Positions 50,671 to 64,000 of a DNA stretch of 64,000 bases are shown piece by piece (the first letter of the stretch is position 1; each line of letters begins with the position of its first letter). Below the pieces are notes generated by a model that was not told the DNA's origin, ran no database searches, and saw only the letters and a program-made list of their open reading frames with translations. Source of the DNA: Malacoraja senta (lineage: Eukaryota); contig CM075990.1 of assembly GCA_038087875.1 (NCBI GenBank), forward strand, positions 11,038,001-11,102,000. The letters are read 5' to 3'. A program made the position numbers and the translations under genes.

Positions 50671-50995
50671 CCTCATCTCCCACTCCCTCTCTCAATAGCC
50701 ACCGACAGCCAACCATGAAAAGCACCCTTTATTCCCACTCTCTGCCTTCTGCCATTCAGCCAATCTTCCCTTTAATACCATGGGCTCTCATTTTGTTCAG
50801 CAGCCTCATGTACCTTATCTAATAAAATCCAAGTAAACAACATCCAGTGGGGTTCTTTTGTTTGCTATTCTGCTCCTGCTTTTTAGATTATATTTTGATC
50901 ATTTGCTTCCATAGTGAAATGTTACATCAATTATGCCTCAAAGCTAGAGGTGTTTGCATGACAAGTATGTTACATGAATGAAACAGAGTCATTAT

Positions 50996-51001
50996 TTTAT
51001 T
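50996..51001 (-). terminator. Candidate PCBD1 polyadenylation signal
   Basis: AATAAA on the minus strand ~220 bp after the PCBD1 stop. Confidence 0.55.
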
Positions 51002-51219
51002 GATACAAGGCACATTTCGCTCACAATGCAATAATACTGCCACTTGTAAACCAGTTCTGTTCAGTCAGATTTGAATACAACTTGATTCTATTAATAGATG
51101 ATGGTTTAAAAAAAAACACCAGCCTTTGAAATATGTTGATGGAATGCACATGTAATGAGCTAAACGCCACCTCATACACTGGTTGATTTGGTACGGCCAA
51201 CGGGTGACGTCCTTGGGTA

Positions 51220-51315
51220 TCACTGAGCAACCGTGGCCTCTTCCATGAAGGTCGCCAGTTTAATGTCTCGCTCGGAGAGCCCACCACACTCGTGTGTGCT
51301 CAGAGTTATGTGGAC
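51220..51315 (-). CDS. PCBD1: Pterin-4-alpha-carbinolamine dehydratase (DCoH) exon 4
   Basis: tttgcag|GTC CAC ATA...[37 protein letters not shown]. Confidence 0.95.
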   Translation of the reverse strand, partial: VHITLSTHECGGLSERDIKLATFMEEATVAQ

Positions 51316-52001
51316 CTGCAAAGAAAACAAGGTTCCAGTGATATCTGAAGAAGGGTCTCAACCCAAAACGTAACCTATTCCTTTTCTCCAGAGTTGTTGC
51401 CTGACCCGTTGAGTTCCTGCAACTTTTTGTGCCTGTTTCCAGTGATATGGTTGTCCTCTCTTGTGGTTTTCTGAGTTGACAGATTGTGTTCCAAGACGTG
51501 CAATTTCCATGTATTTCCAGCATTCTTTTTGTTTAATTTAGAGATACAGCATGGAAACAGGCCCTTTGGCCCACCGAGTCTGCGCCGCCCAGCGATCCCT
51601 GTATGCTACCATTATCCTACACACTGGGGACAATTTTACAATCTTTACTAAAGCCAATTAACCTACAAATATTTCAGGAACTCGCAGTTCCAGCACAATC
51701 TTCCCTCATTACCATTTCTTCAGCTATAACTAACGAGCTTTCCCCAACCTCTTTCAGGAGACACCAACATCGTCCGACATCTGATTCTCCTTGTCTGCCC
51801 CAACACAGATTCTTTTCCTTCTCTACAGTTCATCCCATCCCTTTGCTGCATAGAACATGTTTTTTCTTACTTCTCCCAGTTCTGATACAAGGTCAAAATG
51901 AAACGAATGGCTTCTCTTGCCACAGATGCTGCCTGAATTGATGAGTGTTTCCAGCATTTTTATTCATTAAAATGGGTTCTGATCAATGTTGCATTGCTGT
52001 A

Positions 52002-53043
52002 GGTATGTTACAAAACTTACCTTCAGTCGCACTGTAATTCTGCCACTGGCCGTGTGCGCGATTTTGGCGCCTTTAAGGGGGAGCGGGGTTAAAACGCGGG
52101 TTTCTCCTCCCTTGTCCTGGTTAATATTTTGTTGGAGTACAAGCCTTGGCAGACAAATCGTTCCTAGTGGTGATTTGTGTATTTTTTATTTTTATTAAAT
52201 CGTCAATGTCAGCGCTAAAGTAACTTTAAAATCAGCTCCTGAAGCGTCAACGCCGATAACGGGGACGGATTTCACACTGGGACAGGTAAACGAAAGTGGT
52301 TTCTTTAAATGTATAAAAGTGCTTCTTAAGAAGCCTTTAATTCACATTTTTTCATGCGACACGGTGATTTTATTCCCCGAATTAACGGCAGTATTTTTCA
52401 TGCCAATACGGGGTTAAATTCACCGCAAATGAACGTTCCAAAAGATCGCGTTCCAGAAATTCTCACTCACAAGATGAATTAAATGCCCATTAATTTACAG
52501 GTATTAAACATTCAATTCCTTCCATTTGGCCTGTAAATTCATGAAAATGAGATTTTAAAATTATGTTATATTGTGAATTATTGTGTGAATGTTATTTGGA
52601 CACTTAGGCTATTTAAAAATGTTAATCTATTCTTAAGAAATTGATAGATGTTTAGATCTAGTAATTGAATTTAGTAATTAGCTACAATTAGGTAACTAAC
52701 TAATTATGTGCTTTACTTTCATGTCTTCGAAGTAAGATTGTTTCATATTTGTTTCAGAATGCTTCAATCTATAATAACTGAAAATTTCTTTCAGTTATCA
52801 TAATTTTTAAGAAAGTTATGGGCTTTAAGAAAGTTATGTCCTCGATCACAGCTTTTGTGTTAAGTCAATGGAAAAGCAATAGGGAACTAGATGCTAATTT
52901 CTGAGTATGTTAATGGCCATAACTTTTTTAATACTGAAGATATGAAAGTGAATTAAGTGTCAAATTAAACTTATTTTTATGCTTTATCTGATGGGATAAA
53001 TTGCAGACTTTATTTTTAAAATCTCAAAATTTTGTAACATTGC
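52002..53043. mobile_element. Probable non-autonomous DNA transposon in PCBD1 intron 3
   Basis: TA|ggtatgttacaaaa ... ttttgtaacattgc|TA imperfect ~14-bp TIRs; non-coding interior. Confidence 0.45.
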
Positions 53044-53177
53044 TAATTGCTGTCTATGGGAACTTAGCGCATTAATTTGCTCCTGTGTTTCAAACAATAT
53101 TGACCCTTTATTTGAGCAAAGGTAAAGCACTTTTTCATGTCTTTTAAAAATGTGAAAGGTATTCTGGAAATCTCTAC

Positions 53178-53258
53178 CTTGTTATAAACGTTGAACCATT
53201 CTGGGTGGTGATCCATTTTCTCTGCCTGTAAGGCTGCTCTCGTCATGAAACCAAAAGC
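53178..53258 (-). CDS. PCBD1: PCBD1 exon 3
   Basis: aag|GCT TTT GGT...AAC AAG|gtagag; 81 bp; [27 protein letters not shown] with the HHP active-site motif. Confidence 0.97.
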
Positions 53259-53369
53259 CTTTATTTAAAAACAAAACATATAAACATTCAAGTGGATGCT
53301 ATTTGGAAAACCAGAATGTTATAAGCCTGTATTTTACTACTGAGCATTCGACCACCGATAAAATATCAC

Positions 53370-53501
53370 CTGGTTGAAGTTTTTAAAGACAAACTCCTTA
53401 TAAATTGCATCTCTGCCCTCTACCTCAGCCCAGCCCACTGCTTGGAGGTTGGGGAGCAGCTGTTCACGTTGCTCGGGATTCAGTCTATGCGCCTTTCCTG
53501 C
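53370..53501 (-). CDS. PCBD1: PCBD1 exon 2
   Basis: tctag|GCA GGA AAG...AAC CAG|gtgata; 132 bp; [44 protein letters not shown]. Confidence 0.96.
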
Positions 53502-54428
53502 CTAGAAAACATAAATTGGCGATCAGATGCACGAAAGATTGGTTTTAATACAATACCCACCTGCTGTGCTTATGCAGATAAACCCTCAGTATCCTGGCCC
53601 ATTTTTATTGCCAGGTCAACATCATCTAAAGACATTAAGTTGGCCATGTATCTTATTGGCACTTGAAAGAACTTGCAATCACATTCACCTATTTGTACTG
53701 ATTTATTATTGTCATGTAGAGAGATACAGTGAAAAGCTTTGTTTGCGTGGTATTCAGTCAACTCGTACCACACGCGAATACAATCAAACTATACCCAACT
53801 ACAACAGGTTTAAATAGTAAGGATGTCAGGGGTTGTGGGGCGAAGGCATGAGAATGGGATTGAGATGGAAAGATAGATCAGCCATGATTGAATGGAGGAG
53901 TAAAGAAGATGGGCCGAATAACCGAATTCTGCTCCTCAAACTTATGAACAACAGATAGCAAAATCCCAGAGTGCCACAATATATTAGTGTTACATTTACA
54001 GTGTAAGTGTAGATGGAAAAAGTGCAAGGTCCACAATGAGGCAAGTTGGGAGATCGGGACAACATCCCAGTTTATGGAAGGACCGTTCATTTGGCTGATA
54101 AGAGGAAGAAGCTGTTCCTGAATATGGTCACTCTCATTTGCACTAATTTACATATCAAACTAACTTTAATCTCAACTGGGTGGAGTTTCTGGGACGTTCT
54201 GATCTTGTTAAAAGGACTCTATAAATCTCTCTGACCCATTGACATTGTGGCATCTATACTGTATGTAATTGTCAGACTGATTTGATGACAACACAGTTCA
54301 GTTTCAGCAGACCTTCAATCATCAAGTGTGCTGAGTTGGGTAGTCAGTGAGAGTTCAGCAGAAGAGTGTAGATGCATTTCAAGTTGGCTGTGGGGCAATC
54401 ACTGGGCAAGTATACCAAGTTGCAACAT

Positions 54429-54574
54429 GTTTTAAGAAGAAACTGCAGATGCCGGAAAATCGAAGGTAGACAAAAATGCTGGAGAAACTCAGTGGGTGCG
54501 ACAGCATCTACGGAGCATTTTCCTTCGCTCCATAGATGCTGCATCACCCGCTGAGTTTCTCCAGCATTTTTGTC
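54429..54574. mobile_element. Penelope-derived palindromic mini-element with 16-bp flanking direct repeat
   Basis: taccaagttgcaacat at 54413..54428 and 54575..54590; internal inverted arms of ~50 bp. Confidence 0.75.
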
Positions 54575-56486
54575 TACCAAGTTGCAACATTGTATATTCT
54601 ATTCTATTCTGAAGGAATAGGATCAGACACCAAATGACACATTATTCCGATACATTAGATGGACGGTCACAAGATGAGAAATAGATGGAGAGAGATGACA
54701 CATTACAAGTTTAGTGTCGCACCTTTATGTTTTTGTACAAATGTTGCGATTTCTACAGTTAACTTTAGGATTTGAATATATGACAACTCTGCCACCTACA
54801 TTTTGAAAATAAATGACCATGCTTGCTCTCCGTCGAAGGTTTCTCCATAGCCTATCAGAGGATGTTTGTGCCTTTCAGTCTGAAGGGTCTCGACACAAAA
54901 CCTCACCCATTCCTTCTCTCCAGAGAATGCTGCTGCACCCACTGAGTTTCTCCAGCATTTTTGTGTACCTTCGATTTTCCAGCATCTGCGGTTCCTTCTT
55001 AAACACCTTCTCTCCAGAGATGCTTGCATGTCCCGCTGAGTTACTCCAACATTCTCTGTCTTATCTGTCAGAGGATGTTGTTGTTGTGGATAGGGTCAAC
55101 CTGCTGAGTGTTCCCAGCATTTTCTCTGCGTGTTTTTCACTCTTTGATTTGCGTATGGCCACATTGCCCGACCTCTCCCCCCCCACCCCCACCCCCACCA
55201 TCCCATCCCATCCCATCCCATCCGCACAACAAAGCCGCTTAATTCAATTAGTTGTCTGCAACTGCTCCACAATGTTATCTTTGTGCAAAGACTGTAAATG
55301 TTTGCGGCCCAGTTAAAATTTGACTTGGAGTAAATACACGGCCCCACGATCATTGGACTTACCTATCCAAAACTAACAAACCTGATGATGCTCGCATCGG
55401 CCAAATATCACAGCAACCGCTGCGTTATCAGTACATGGCAAACATGTGTGTCCCGACAGAAAGAAAGCCTTTCTTCCCAAAAACCCTTTCTGGCTTAAGT
55501 CCTCCCTCCACCACCTCCAGTTTAAATTCCATTTGGAATATTTTGGAGGACCAAGAAACCAAGAAGAACCAAAAAAGCCAATAAGATTAAGCACGTTTTA
55601 CATGCTCTGCATGCAGACATTATCCTGTACAGATCACCAACCAGGCAGAAATGCACGATAGACACAAAAAGCTGGAGTAACGCAGCGGGTCAGGCAGTAT
55701 CTCTGTTTGTCTGGAGAGAAGGAATAGGTGATGTTTCGGGTCGAGGCCCTTCTTTAGAAAGATCTGAACCTGAAACGTCAGCTATTCCTTTTCACCAGAG
55801 ATGCTGCCTGACCCGCTGAGTTACTCCAGGTTTTTGTGTCAATCGTCGGTTTAAACCAGTATCTGGAGTTCCTTCCAACACATGCAGAAATATAGTCAGG
55901 ATAATAAACCTTTGATCCACCCCCCCCCCCACCCACCACATTCAATCGATGTCAAACTGCATTTTGCAGCTTTGAAATTCACCAAACTGGAATCAATGAA
56001 GGGATAAACCCGACGCTGTCAGATTGATTTCCACAATCAGTTGTCAGTCAGCAGATCTTTAAAGAAGATGGAGAGGAAGGAACTGTAGATGCTGGTTTAT
56101 ACCCAAGATAGACACAACAAGCTGGAGTAACTCCGCGGTTCAGGCAGCATCTCTAGATAAAAGGAATAGGTGACTTTTAGAAGGGTTTCGACCCGAAACT
56201 TCACCTGTTCCTTTTCTCCGGAGATGCTGCCTGACCCGCTGAGTTACTCCAGCTTTTTGTGTCTCACTATAACAAGAAATGTTTAATGTTAATGCATCTT
56301 CAAGGCGGTAGATTCCACATTTAATTGAAATAACTTACTCTGCTTTCTATTCGGGTCTACTTTTGTTTTCCAATGCGCACCGTGATTTTTTGTTTTTGCA
56401 GCTTTGATGTCTGTTGCACGTTTGAAGATGTAAAATCTTAAAACAAAAAAAATCAGACGCAGATTCAAGGTGCGATTAATACTTAC

Positions 56487-56489
56487 CAT
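56487..56489 (-). CDS. PCBD1: PCBD1 exon 1 coding part (ATG only)
   Basis: Minus strand gcaaATG|gtaagt, a consensus donor; phase 0 joins exon 2 to give a 103-aa protein starting MAGKAHRL. Confidence 0.85.
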
Positions 56490-56640
56490 TTGCAATTGCG
56501 GCGAGGGTCCGCCGTTCACGCTGGCCCGGCCCTGAGGATTTCACAGCGAGTCCAGGCTCCGAACCCTGTAGCTGACAGCTGGGCTGGATATCACAAGCAC
56601 GGTCACTAACACAGGACCTGCAGTGTGGCGGCGGGGAAGA
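56490..56640 (-). promoter_or_regulatory. Probable PCBD1 5' UTR / proximal promoter
   Basis: Locally GC- and CpG-rich sequence immediately upstream of the ATG exon. Confidence 0.45.
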
Positions 56641-59600
56641 TCAGTCAGTGTTCATGCACAACAGGTAAAGCAACGCAGTGTGGGTGGGGACGGAGGGAGA
56701 GAGAGAGAGACCGAGAAATGAATGTATGTGTGTATGTGTGTGTGTGTTTAACCAACAAACGGACCATTTAAAAAACAAATGCCCGAACCGTAGGGATTGC
56801 AATTGCACTCACGCCTATTACGATCAAAATGGTTGCATTCTTGTTGTTTGCAAAAGAGAGTTTGCTTGTAAGCAGTATGTAAGGACACCTAAGGCTGGGT
56901 CCTCGCAGGCTGTGGCAGGGCAGGTCTCTATCCAATGACTGCATCACAAGCAAAGGATCACAACATCTACAGTACAAAGTTCCCTGTTCATGTGATGCAC
57001 GCCCCTTTTAATTGAATTCAAGTCTTCGGTACTTATTTCCCCCCCTGCTGAACAATTCTCACTATCCATGCTAAAAGCTTGTGTGCGAAGTATTCTGCTT
57101 TTAAAAAATATATATATTATTGGTGTCGTTTGATTCCAAAATTACATAGATGCTGCTGCACCCGCTGAGTTTCTCCAGCATTTTTGTGTACCTAGGAATT
57201 TAAAACAGTGCCTGTAACTTTCTAGTTGAAATATAAACTTTATTTCTGATAAAGCTATATACAAAGCAATAACAGTGCAATACTCTTTGATTCATTCTTA
57301 GTACCATTGCATTCTGTGTTGCTGCTGTTACACCCCTCTCCCCCTACTCTTATTCATACATAGCTCCATTGCCACTCATGGGTGGTGAGATCCCTTCCCT
57401 TGTTTGAGGGTCTGTCATTGCCGGACTGCCTCTTTGAATGAAATTTGCTGACAGCAAACCTGGTTTTAAAAAATATTAAAAAACTTAAAAATATATATAT
57501 AAAACCACCCTTGTACTCAGTAGGTTTAAATGCAACAGGATGTTTCATAGTGAGAGGGGAGAGTGTTGGATCTGTCTGGAGAGGTGTGTTTGGAGCAGTG
57601 CTTATTTTGTAGTCCAAGGGTGCCTGCACACATATAATGGTTCATGTGATGCTTTTGGCTGGTGTACATCAGTCTAATTTATGCACCACCACAAAAAAAG
57701 CAGGCACGAGCAACTGCAGATGCTGTAATTTTGAGTAAAATACAAAGTGCTGGAGTAACTCAGCGGGCCAGGCAACATCTATGGAGGACATGGATAGGTG
57801 ACTTATCAAGGGTCCCGACCTGAAATGTCACCTATCTATGTCCTCCAGAGATGATGTCAGACCCGTTGATTTACTCTGGCACTTTTGAGTTCATCACAAA
57901 AAAGTATTGTTTTGGGGGAAGCTTTTGAAGAAAAGTGTTAGTGCAAGGATTACATGCAGGATTTCTGGCAGGATTACCTTTCAGAAGATGCTGACTATCT
58001 TCGTGTTTTGCTTGCAGATATTAGAGCAACAGCAAATTCCGTTTTAAAGCGCATTTTAACATTATGAAATGCTCCAGATTCTTGACAAAGCTAACAATTG
58101 ATGCCATGACGTAGAAGGAAATAATAGGGCAATGGCTAAAAGTGTTGTTGAAGGTGTGAGATTTTCTTAAAGGAGGGTTGGTAACGGTGGAAAGAGAGTT
58201 GGTGACATTGAGGCAGGGAATTTCAGAGTCTGGAGTCTTGGCAGATGCAGTCAGGATCAGAATTGTGGAAGGGCATGTGGTCAGAATTGAGGAGATTCTG
58301 ATTTCCCCTTGGTGTGGGGAATTGGGGGCAGGAAGAGGAGGGATGGGGGGGGGGGGGGGAATCCAGGAAGAGGATTGAGAACATGGAGAGATTTGGAAAG
58401 GCAAATATATATTTTTAAACCAAAACGTTTATTCTTAATGAGGCATGAGTGTGGGTGAGGAAAGACAGGGTCAATATGATAGAGGAGACTCTCACTCAGG
58501 ACATAGTCTGTGGAGATAGAATGGCTTTATTTACTGGGAGTGGAATGGGAAAGGATCAGCAGGAGTGTTTTGCAATGGCCTCACCCTGTGGTGGCCAAGA
58601 TGTGGGTTCAATGACGTGGAGTAGGGCAATGTTGCCGGTCAAAATGGACAGTGCTGGAGGTGGCTTAGATTAGTGAATGACTTGTGGCTGATTGCAGACA
58701 AATGCATCTCACATCTTGTTTCACCGAAGCAGTAATAGCTGTTATTCAATAATCAGCAATGTAAATCACTCAGAGTGATCAATAAACAATTGCACTCTTT
58801 CCCATCGTTGTGTTTTAGCAACCCATGCACAAAAGGATTAAAGTTTATAGCTTCCCAGCTGTTATCAGGCATCTGAATCATCCTACCACAACCAGAGAGC
58901 AGTGCTGAACTACTATCTACCTCATTGGAGACCCTGAGACTAAATTTGATCGGACTTTGCTGGTTTTACCTTGCACCAAATGTTATTCCCTTATCATGTA
59001 TCTATACACTGTAAATGGCTCTATTGTAATCATGTTTTGTCTTTCTGCTGACTGGTTAGCACACAACAAAAAGCTTCTCACTGTACCTCAGTACACGTGA
59101 CAATAAACAAAACTAAACTAAAGATAGACAGAAAAAGCTGGAGTAGGCAGGATCGCTATATCTCACATTTCCCTTATCCCTAACCAGTCTGAAGAAAGGT
59201 CTCGACCCGAGACATTACCCATTCCTCTCCAGAGATGCTGCCTGTCCCGCTGAGTTACTCAAGCTTTTTGTGTCTATCTTTGGTTTAAACCAGCATCTGC
59301 AGTTCCTTCCTAAACTAAACTAAATGCAGCCCCTGTATAATTGAGAAAGATCACAAGAGTAATGATGGTGTCTGGTTTTTGCAGTTACCCATACCTGGAT
59401 TAACACTGATCTTTGGTTTGCTGGAACATTACCATCCAGGGGCACGGTTGCTATGGCATTTGTTATTGTAATTATCATCACTGTATATTGTTTATTTTGT
59501 GAGCTTCCTGTAATGTTTGCACACAGCTTTCTATGCCTTGGAGGTGCTTATTAGTACTTACCATCCAGATATTTTTGTTAAATATAATGAGAGCTTCTGC

Positions 59601-60259
59601 CTCCACTACCAGTGCATTTCAGATTTCCTTTGATTCGGGGAAAATTAACTTCCTCAGATTCTTTTTTAAACCTCCAACCTTATCTTAGACCTATGATTGA
59701 GGTTTGAACCTGAGTCTGAAGAAGGGTCCAGACCCAAAACATTACCTGTCCATTCCCTTCAGAGATGCTGCTTGACCTTCTAGGTGACTCCAGCACTCTG
59801 TGCTTTGCTTCAGCCTATGACTTCTGGTTTTAGACGCCTGCGTTTCGGGGGAAAGTTTTTTACTTCCTCAGTTGGGTCACTCCTCTCCCTCCACCCACTC
59901 CCTTCCCCATCATCACCACCTCATAGCCTCCCTAATCTCACCTCATCCCTGAAATTCTCAGTCTCAGGCAATATCTGGTGATAATAATCTGTGGTCTCTT
60001 CAGGGCTGTCATGTTCTCTTAGTGTGGTGACCAGAACTGTGCACTGTACTCCAGCTGTGGCCAAACTATTGGACTTTAGAGATGAATCATCACTCTCCGC
60101 CCACCCCTCTTCCCGTTCAGTACCTTAACCTCCTGTCTATCCTTATCCCTTCCACGGCTACGTTGAAATATACTTTGTTATGGTCACTATCTCCAAAATG
60201 TTTCCCCACTGATACTTGTCTCTGTCCTTCTGAGCAGTATTATAGAGCCATGACTGCAG

Positions 60260-60700
60260 CAGAAAACAGATCCTTCAGTCCTACTTACCCATGCCGATCA
60301 AGATGCCCCATCTACACTAGTCCCACCTGCCCACGTTTGGCCCATATCCATCTAAACCTTTCCCATCCATGAACCTGTCCAAATGTTTTTTTTAAATTTT
60401 GTAATGGTATCTGTCTCAACTACCTCCTCTGGTAGCTCATTCCACATACCCACCATCCTCTGTGCAAGAAAGTTGCCCCTCAGGTTCCTCTTAAATCTTT
60501 CCCCTCTCACCTTTAACCTATGTCCTTTAGTTCTTAAGTCCCCTATTCTGGGTAGAAGACCCTGTGCATTCACCCTCATGATCTTATACACCTCCATAAG
60601 ATCAGCCCTCATCTTCCTGCATTCCAAGGAATAAAGAACTAGCCTGCCCAACCCCTCCCTATAGCTGAGGCCCTCAAGTCCTGCAAACATCCTCATACAC
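60260..60700 (-). mobile_element. CR1-type LINE 3' fragment
   Basis: ORF 60352..60696 (GLSYREGLGRL..YSLE..DLMEVYKIM..QRMVGMWNELPEEVV). Confidence 0.85.
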
Positions 60701-60761
60701 GGTAACCAAAGATACTAGAGGATCTCCTCCTGTATCTTTGACGGTAACGTCCCTTGTGAGG

Positions 60762-61215
60762 GTGGCACGGTGGCGCAGCGGTAGAGTTGCTGCCTTACAT
60801 CACTAGGGATCTGGGTTCAATCCTGACTTTGGGTGCTATCTGTACAGAGTTTGTATGTTCTCCCCATGACCTGCATGGGTTTCCCCCCCACACTCCAAAG
60901 TCATACAGGTTTAGTTTAGCTTAGTTTAAAGATACAGCGCGGAAACAGGCCCTTCGGCCCACCGGGTCCGTGTTGACCAGCGATCCCTGCACATTAACAC
61001 TTTGTTACACCCACTACGGAATTTTTTTTTCACAAGCCAATTTACCTACAAACCTGTACGTCTTTGTAGGGTAATTGGTTGAGGTTTGTAGGCTAATTGG
61101 CTAAATTGTCCCTAGTGTGTGTCGCGTTAGTGTGCGGGGATCGCTGGTTGGCCTGAACTCGGTGGGCCGAAGGGCCAGTTTCCGCATTGTATCTCTAAAA
61201 AAACGAAACTAAATC
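60762..61215 (+). mobile_element. tRNA-derived SINE with a nested antisense SINE tail
   Basis: ggcacggtggcgcagcggtagagttgctgcc head; opposite-orientation tail at ~60910..61065; own tail resumes to tatctctaaaa. Confidence 0.7.
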
Positions 61216-63659
61216 TTCTCTACACTCATTCCACCTTGCGTGGTTTGAGAATTGTAGACAGGGTTGTAGTAATGAGGTACTGATGATGCAGACTGCTGCA
61301 GTGAGAAATTCAAATGCTTTGCATATATTCTGCCACAAGAGGGCAGCATGGTTTCAATTACTCATCGCTAATGCCCTCAGGCTGAAAATTAGCAATTCCT
61401 CCAGCATTAATGTGAAGAGTTCCAAATGTTCCCCATCTTCTGGGAGTGGCAGCTCTTCCTAACCTCACCTCTGAAAAGCTTGGCACCTGTTTGTGTGACC
61501 TCTTATTTTTAATGTTGGCGTACAGGTATCACTCGAAAAAATCGATATTGCTCTCCATTGGAAGCCAAGTGGCTCCTCCGATTTTAGCACCAGCTCAATT
61601 GTCTGGCCTGTTCCCTTTAACCCTTGACATCCCAGAGAACAAAAATCTATCTCTGCTTTGAATGTATTTATTGATTCCAGCTCCTCAAGTTTCTCATCCC
61701 TTGGTGGGAAGAAACACTGGCTCATCTGGCTCAGATTTATAACCCCCATTGTCTTGAAGCCATGCCCCATTCTAACTGAGCCCACAGTGGAAATGTTCAT
61801 ACTTGACCTCGTCAGTGTTTCAGTCAGCTCTCGACTCCAGTCTGTATAAGCTATCCTGTAAGCATTCCACACAACTCCAATCTCTTAAACCCAGGAATCA
61901 ATCTAATGAACTTTGAATTGCTTCTAAAGCAAGTGTGTCCTTTAAAAAAAACAATCCCAGTACATGTAATGCTCAGGGAGTGATCTTGCCAGCACCCTGT
62001 CTGGTAGTAGAAAAACTCCTTCCCTCTGTATCCATCCCTTCTGCACTGATGGTCCATGTTCTATTTGCCTTTCTCATTCCTTGCTCTATGTTCATGCTTT
62101 ATGCTCTGTTCATGCTTCATTTCAAATGCCAGGACCTACAGATACCTCTGCGTAGGAACATACTGTAGTCATTCTTTGTTAAAACAATATTCCCCTTTTC
62201 TATTCTTCTGAATAGATAACCTCACAGTGCTCTGTCTGATTGAACTATAGCTTTGTGTTGGAGCCCTCTGGATATGTGCATTTGCTGACAAATTGCTGTG
62301 CTGCTTATGACATCTTAACGATCTATGTACATAACCTTAAATCTCTTTGGATCTTTGCTGCTCCTAATTTCCACAGCCTTATGTGTACCAGCAACGGAAC
62401 AGTGAAATTCTTGCTGCAGCCTAATAGGTCTGTAAACACAATTCTGGGTTCAATCCTGACTTCGGGTGCTATCTGTACAGAGTTTGTACGTTCTCCCCGT
62501 GACCTGCATGGGTTTTTTCCAGGAGCTCCGGTTTCCTCCCACACTCCAAAGACATACAGGTTTGTAGACTAATTGGCTAAATTGTCCCTAGTGTGTGTAG
62601 CGTTAGTGTGTGGGGATCGCTAGTCACTAACACAAAACAACCTATAATAAATAAAAAATAAAAATAAATGAATAACCCAATATTAGTGCACAGAAAATCT
62701 GAAGCAATCAAGATAATCTGTAGTTGTAGTTTAATTAGTGTTGTGTAGTCTTCAAGAGTTTGATTGTTGTTGGAAAGATGCTATCCTTGAACCTAGAGGT
62801 CACGGTTTTCACTCAATAGAAACATAGAAAATTCGATGCAGGAGTAGGCCATTCGGCCCTTCGAGCCAGCACCACCATTCAATATGATCATGGCTGATCA
62901 TCCTAAATAAGTACCCCGTTCCTGCTTACTCCCCATATCCCATGATTCTGTTAGCCCCAAGAGCTATGTTTAACTCTCTCTTGAAAACCTCCAGTGAATT
63001 GGCCTCCACTGCCTTCTGCTGCAGAGAATTCCACAGATTCACAACTCTCTGGGTGAAAAAGTGTTTCCTCATCCCAGTCCTAAATGGCCTCCCCCTTATT
63101 CTGAAACTGTGATCCTTGGTTCCGAATACCTTCTTCCTTCTTATACCTTCTTCCCAATGGTAGAAGTGAAATGAGAGCATGGCCAGGATGGTGTGGGTCT
63201 TTGATGACTGACATTTGATGATGTGGAATTTTGCCACAGTTTTATCCATTCTATTAATTTCTTGTGCAATTTAAAGCTTCCAGTCCCAATGCTTATGGTG
63301 CTGTCTGTCTTTCTTTGTCTTTAGAAAATGGATGCGTAATTTTCATGCTCACCATCATTTGCAGAAAGCAGATGATGGTTGAGGTTCCAACACAGGTCTT
63401 GTCAGGAAGCCGTTAGCAATGATTATGAGCATCTGCCCGTTATCTCTACTCGGACCTCTCCCACTCCATCAAATTAGACCCTAGCTATATCTCAAACCAT
63501 TCAGTTAGCCAAACAGGCCCTTCAGGACATCATAAACAGACAACATAACATAACAGCTCACATGAGACGCAGAAATTACATATGAAATACAACAATAAAT
63601 TAAAAGACATAAACCATGAGTACAAATAATAGCCACACAATAAAAGCAATCAAAAAGAA

Positions 63660-63835
63660 ATTAAATCAAGTAAATAAAGTCAACATCTTACTGGGTATCA
63701 GAGGCCACGGAGAAGAGATGGGTTTTAAGAAGTGATTTAAAAACAGACAGAGAAGAAGCCTGTTTAATGTGGAGAGGCAGATCATTCCATAATTTGGGTG
63801 CCGACACAGCAAAGGCATGTGATGCTGGAAGAAAC
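63660..63835 (-). mobile_element. L2-type LINE 3' fragment
   Basis: AFAVSAPKLWNDLPLHIKQASSLSVFKSLLKTHLF, typical of the L2 ORF2 C-terminus. Confidence 0.75.
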
Positions 63836-64000
63836 CTGAGCAAACTAACATGATCAAAGGAAGAAGAGTAAACTCTACACAAACAGTGCCCAAGGACAGG
63901 ACTGAACCTGGGTTGCTGCAGCCACGTAAATGAGTAAATTATTTCTTAGTATTTGTTCAATAATTTTAAAGGTGTCAATTTGTATACTTTGCAGTCCTCA

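Noticed and set aside
60762..60835. tRNA gene
   Set aside because: A/B-box-like head runs straight into SINE body sequence repeated many times in the window
250..63893. Most 60-150-aa ORFs in the six-frame track
   Set aside because: Antisense or off-frame readings of SINE, LINE, Tc1 and exon sequence, many with non-ATG starts and no coding signal

Overview
Repeat-rich vertebrate genomic DNA, probably from a cartilaginous fish such as a skate or ray (inferred from HE1/V-SINE-like SINEs plus CR1, L1 and Penelope repeats). It holds the last 11 coding exons of SGPL1 (sphingosine-1-phosphate lyase) on + (6622..43907) and the complete four-exon PCBD1 gene on - (51220..56489), arranged tail-to-tail as in human. 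One SGPL1 exon (10975..11104) has an extra G that frameshifts the protein. The standout is a 2.74-kb non-autonomous LTR retroelement, antisense in an SGPL1 intron (34646..37388). It has 161-bp LTRs differing at 3 positions, a 5-bp TSD, a tRNA-Ser(GCU)-like PBS and a duplicated PPT. It has no recognisable gag/pol; instead it carries a chimera of captured host sequences: ASPM IQ repeats interleaved with intronless TLK2 coiled-coil sequence, one base away from a single ~600-codon ORF. Also present: two copies of a long-TIR Tc1 family, a young L1 with TSD, a long CR1, Harbinger- and Tigger-like MITEs, and many Penelope-derived palindromic repeats with hammerhead-ribozyme-like cores. Homology calls come from recognising translated sequence by eye, not from database searches.
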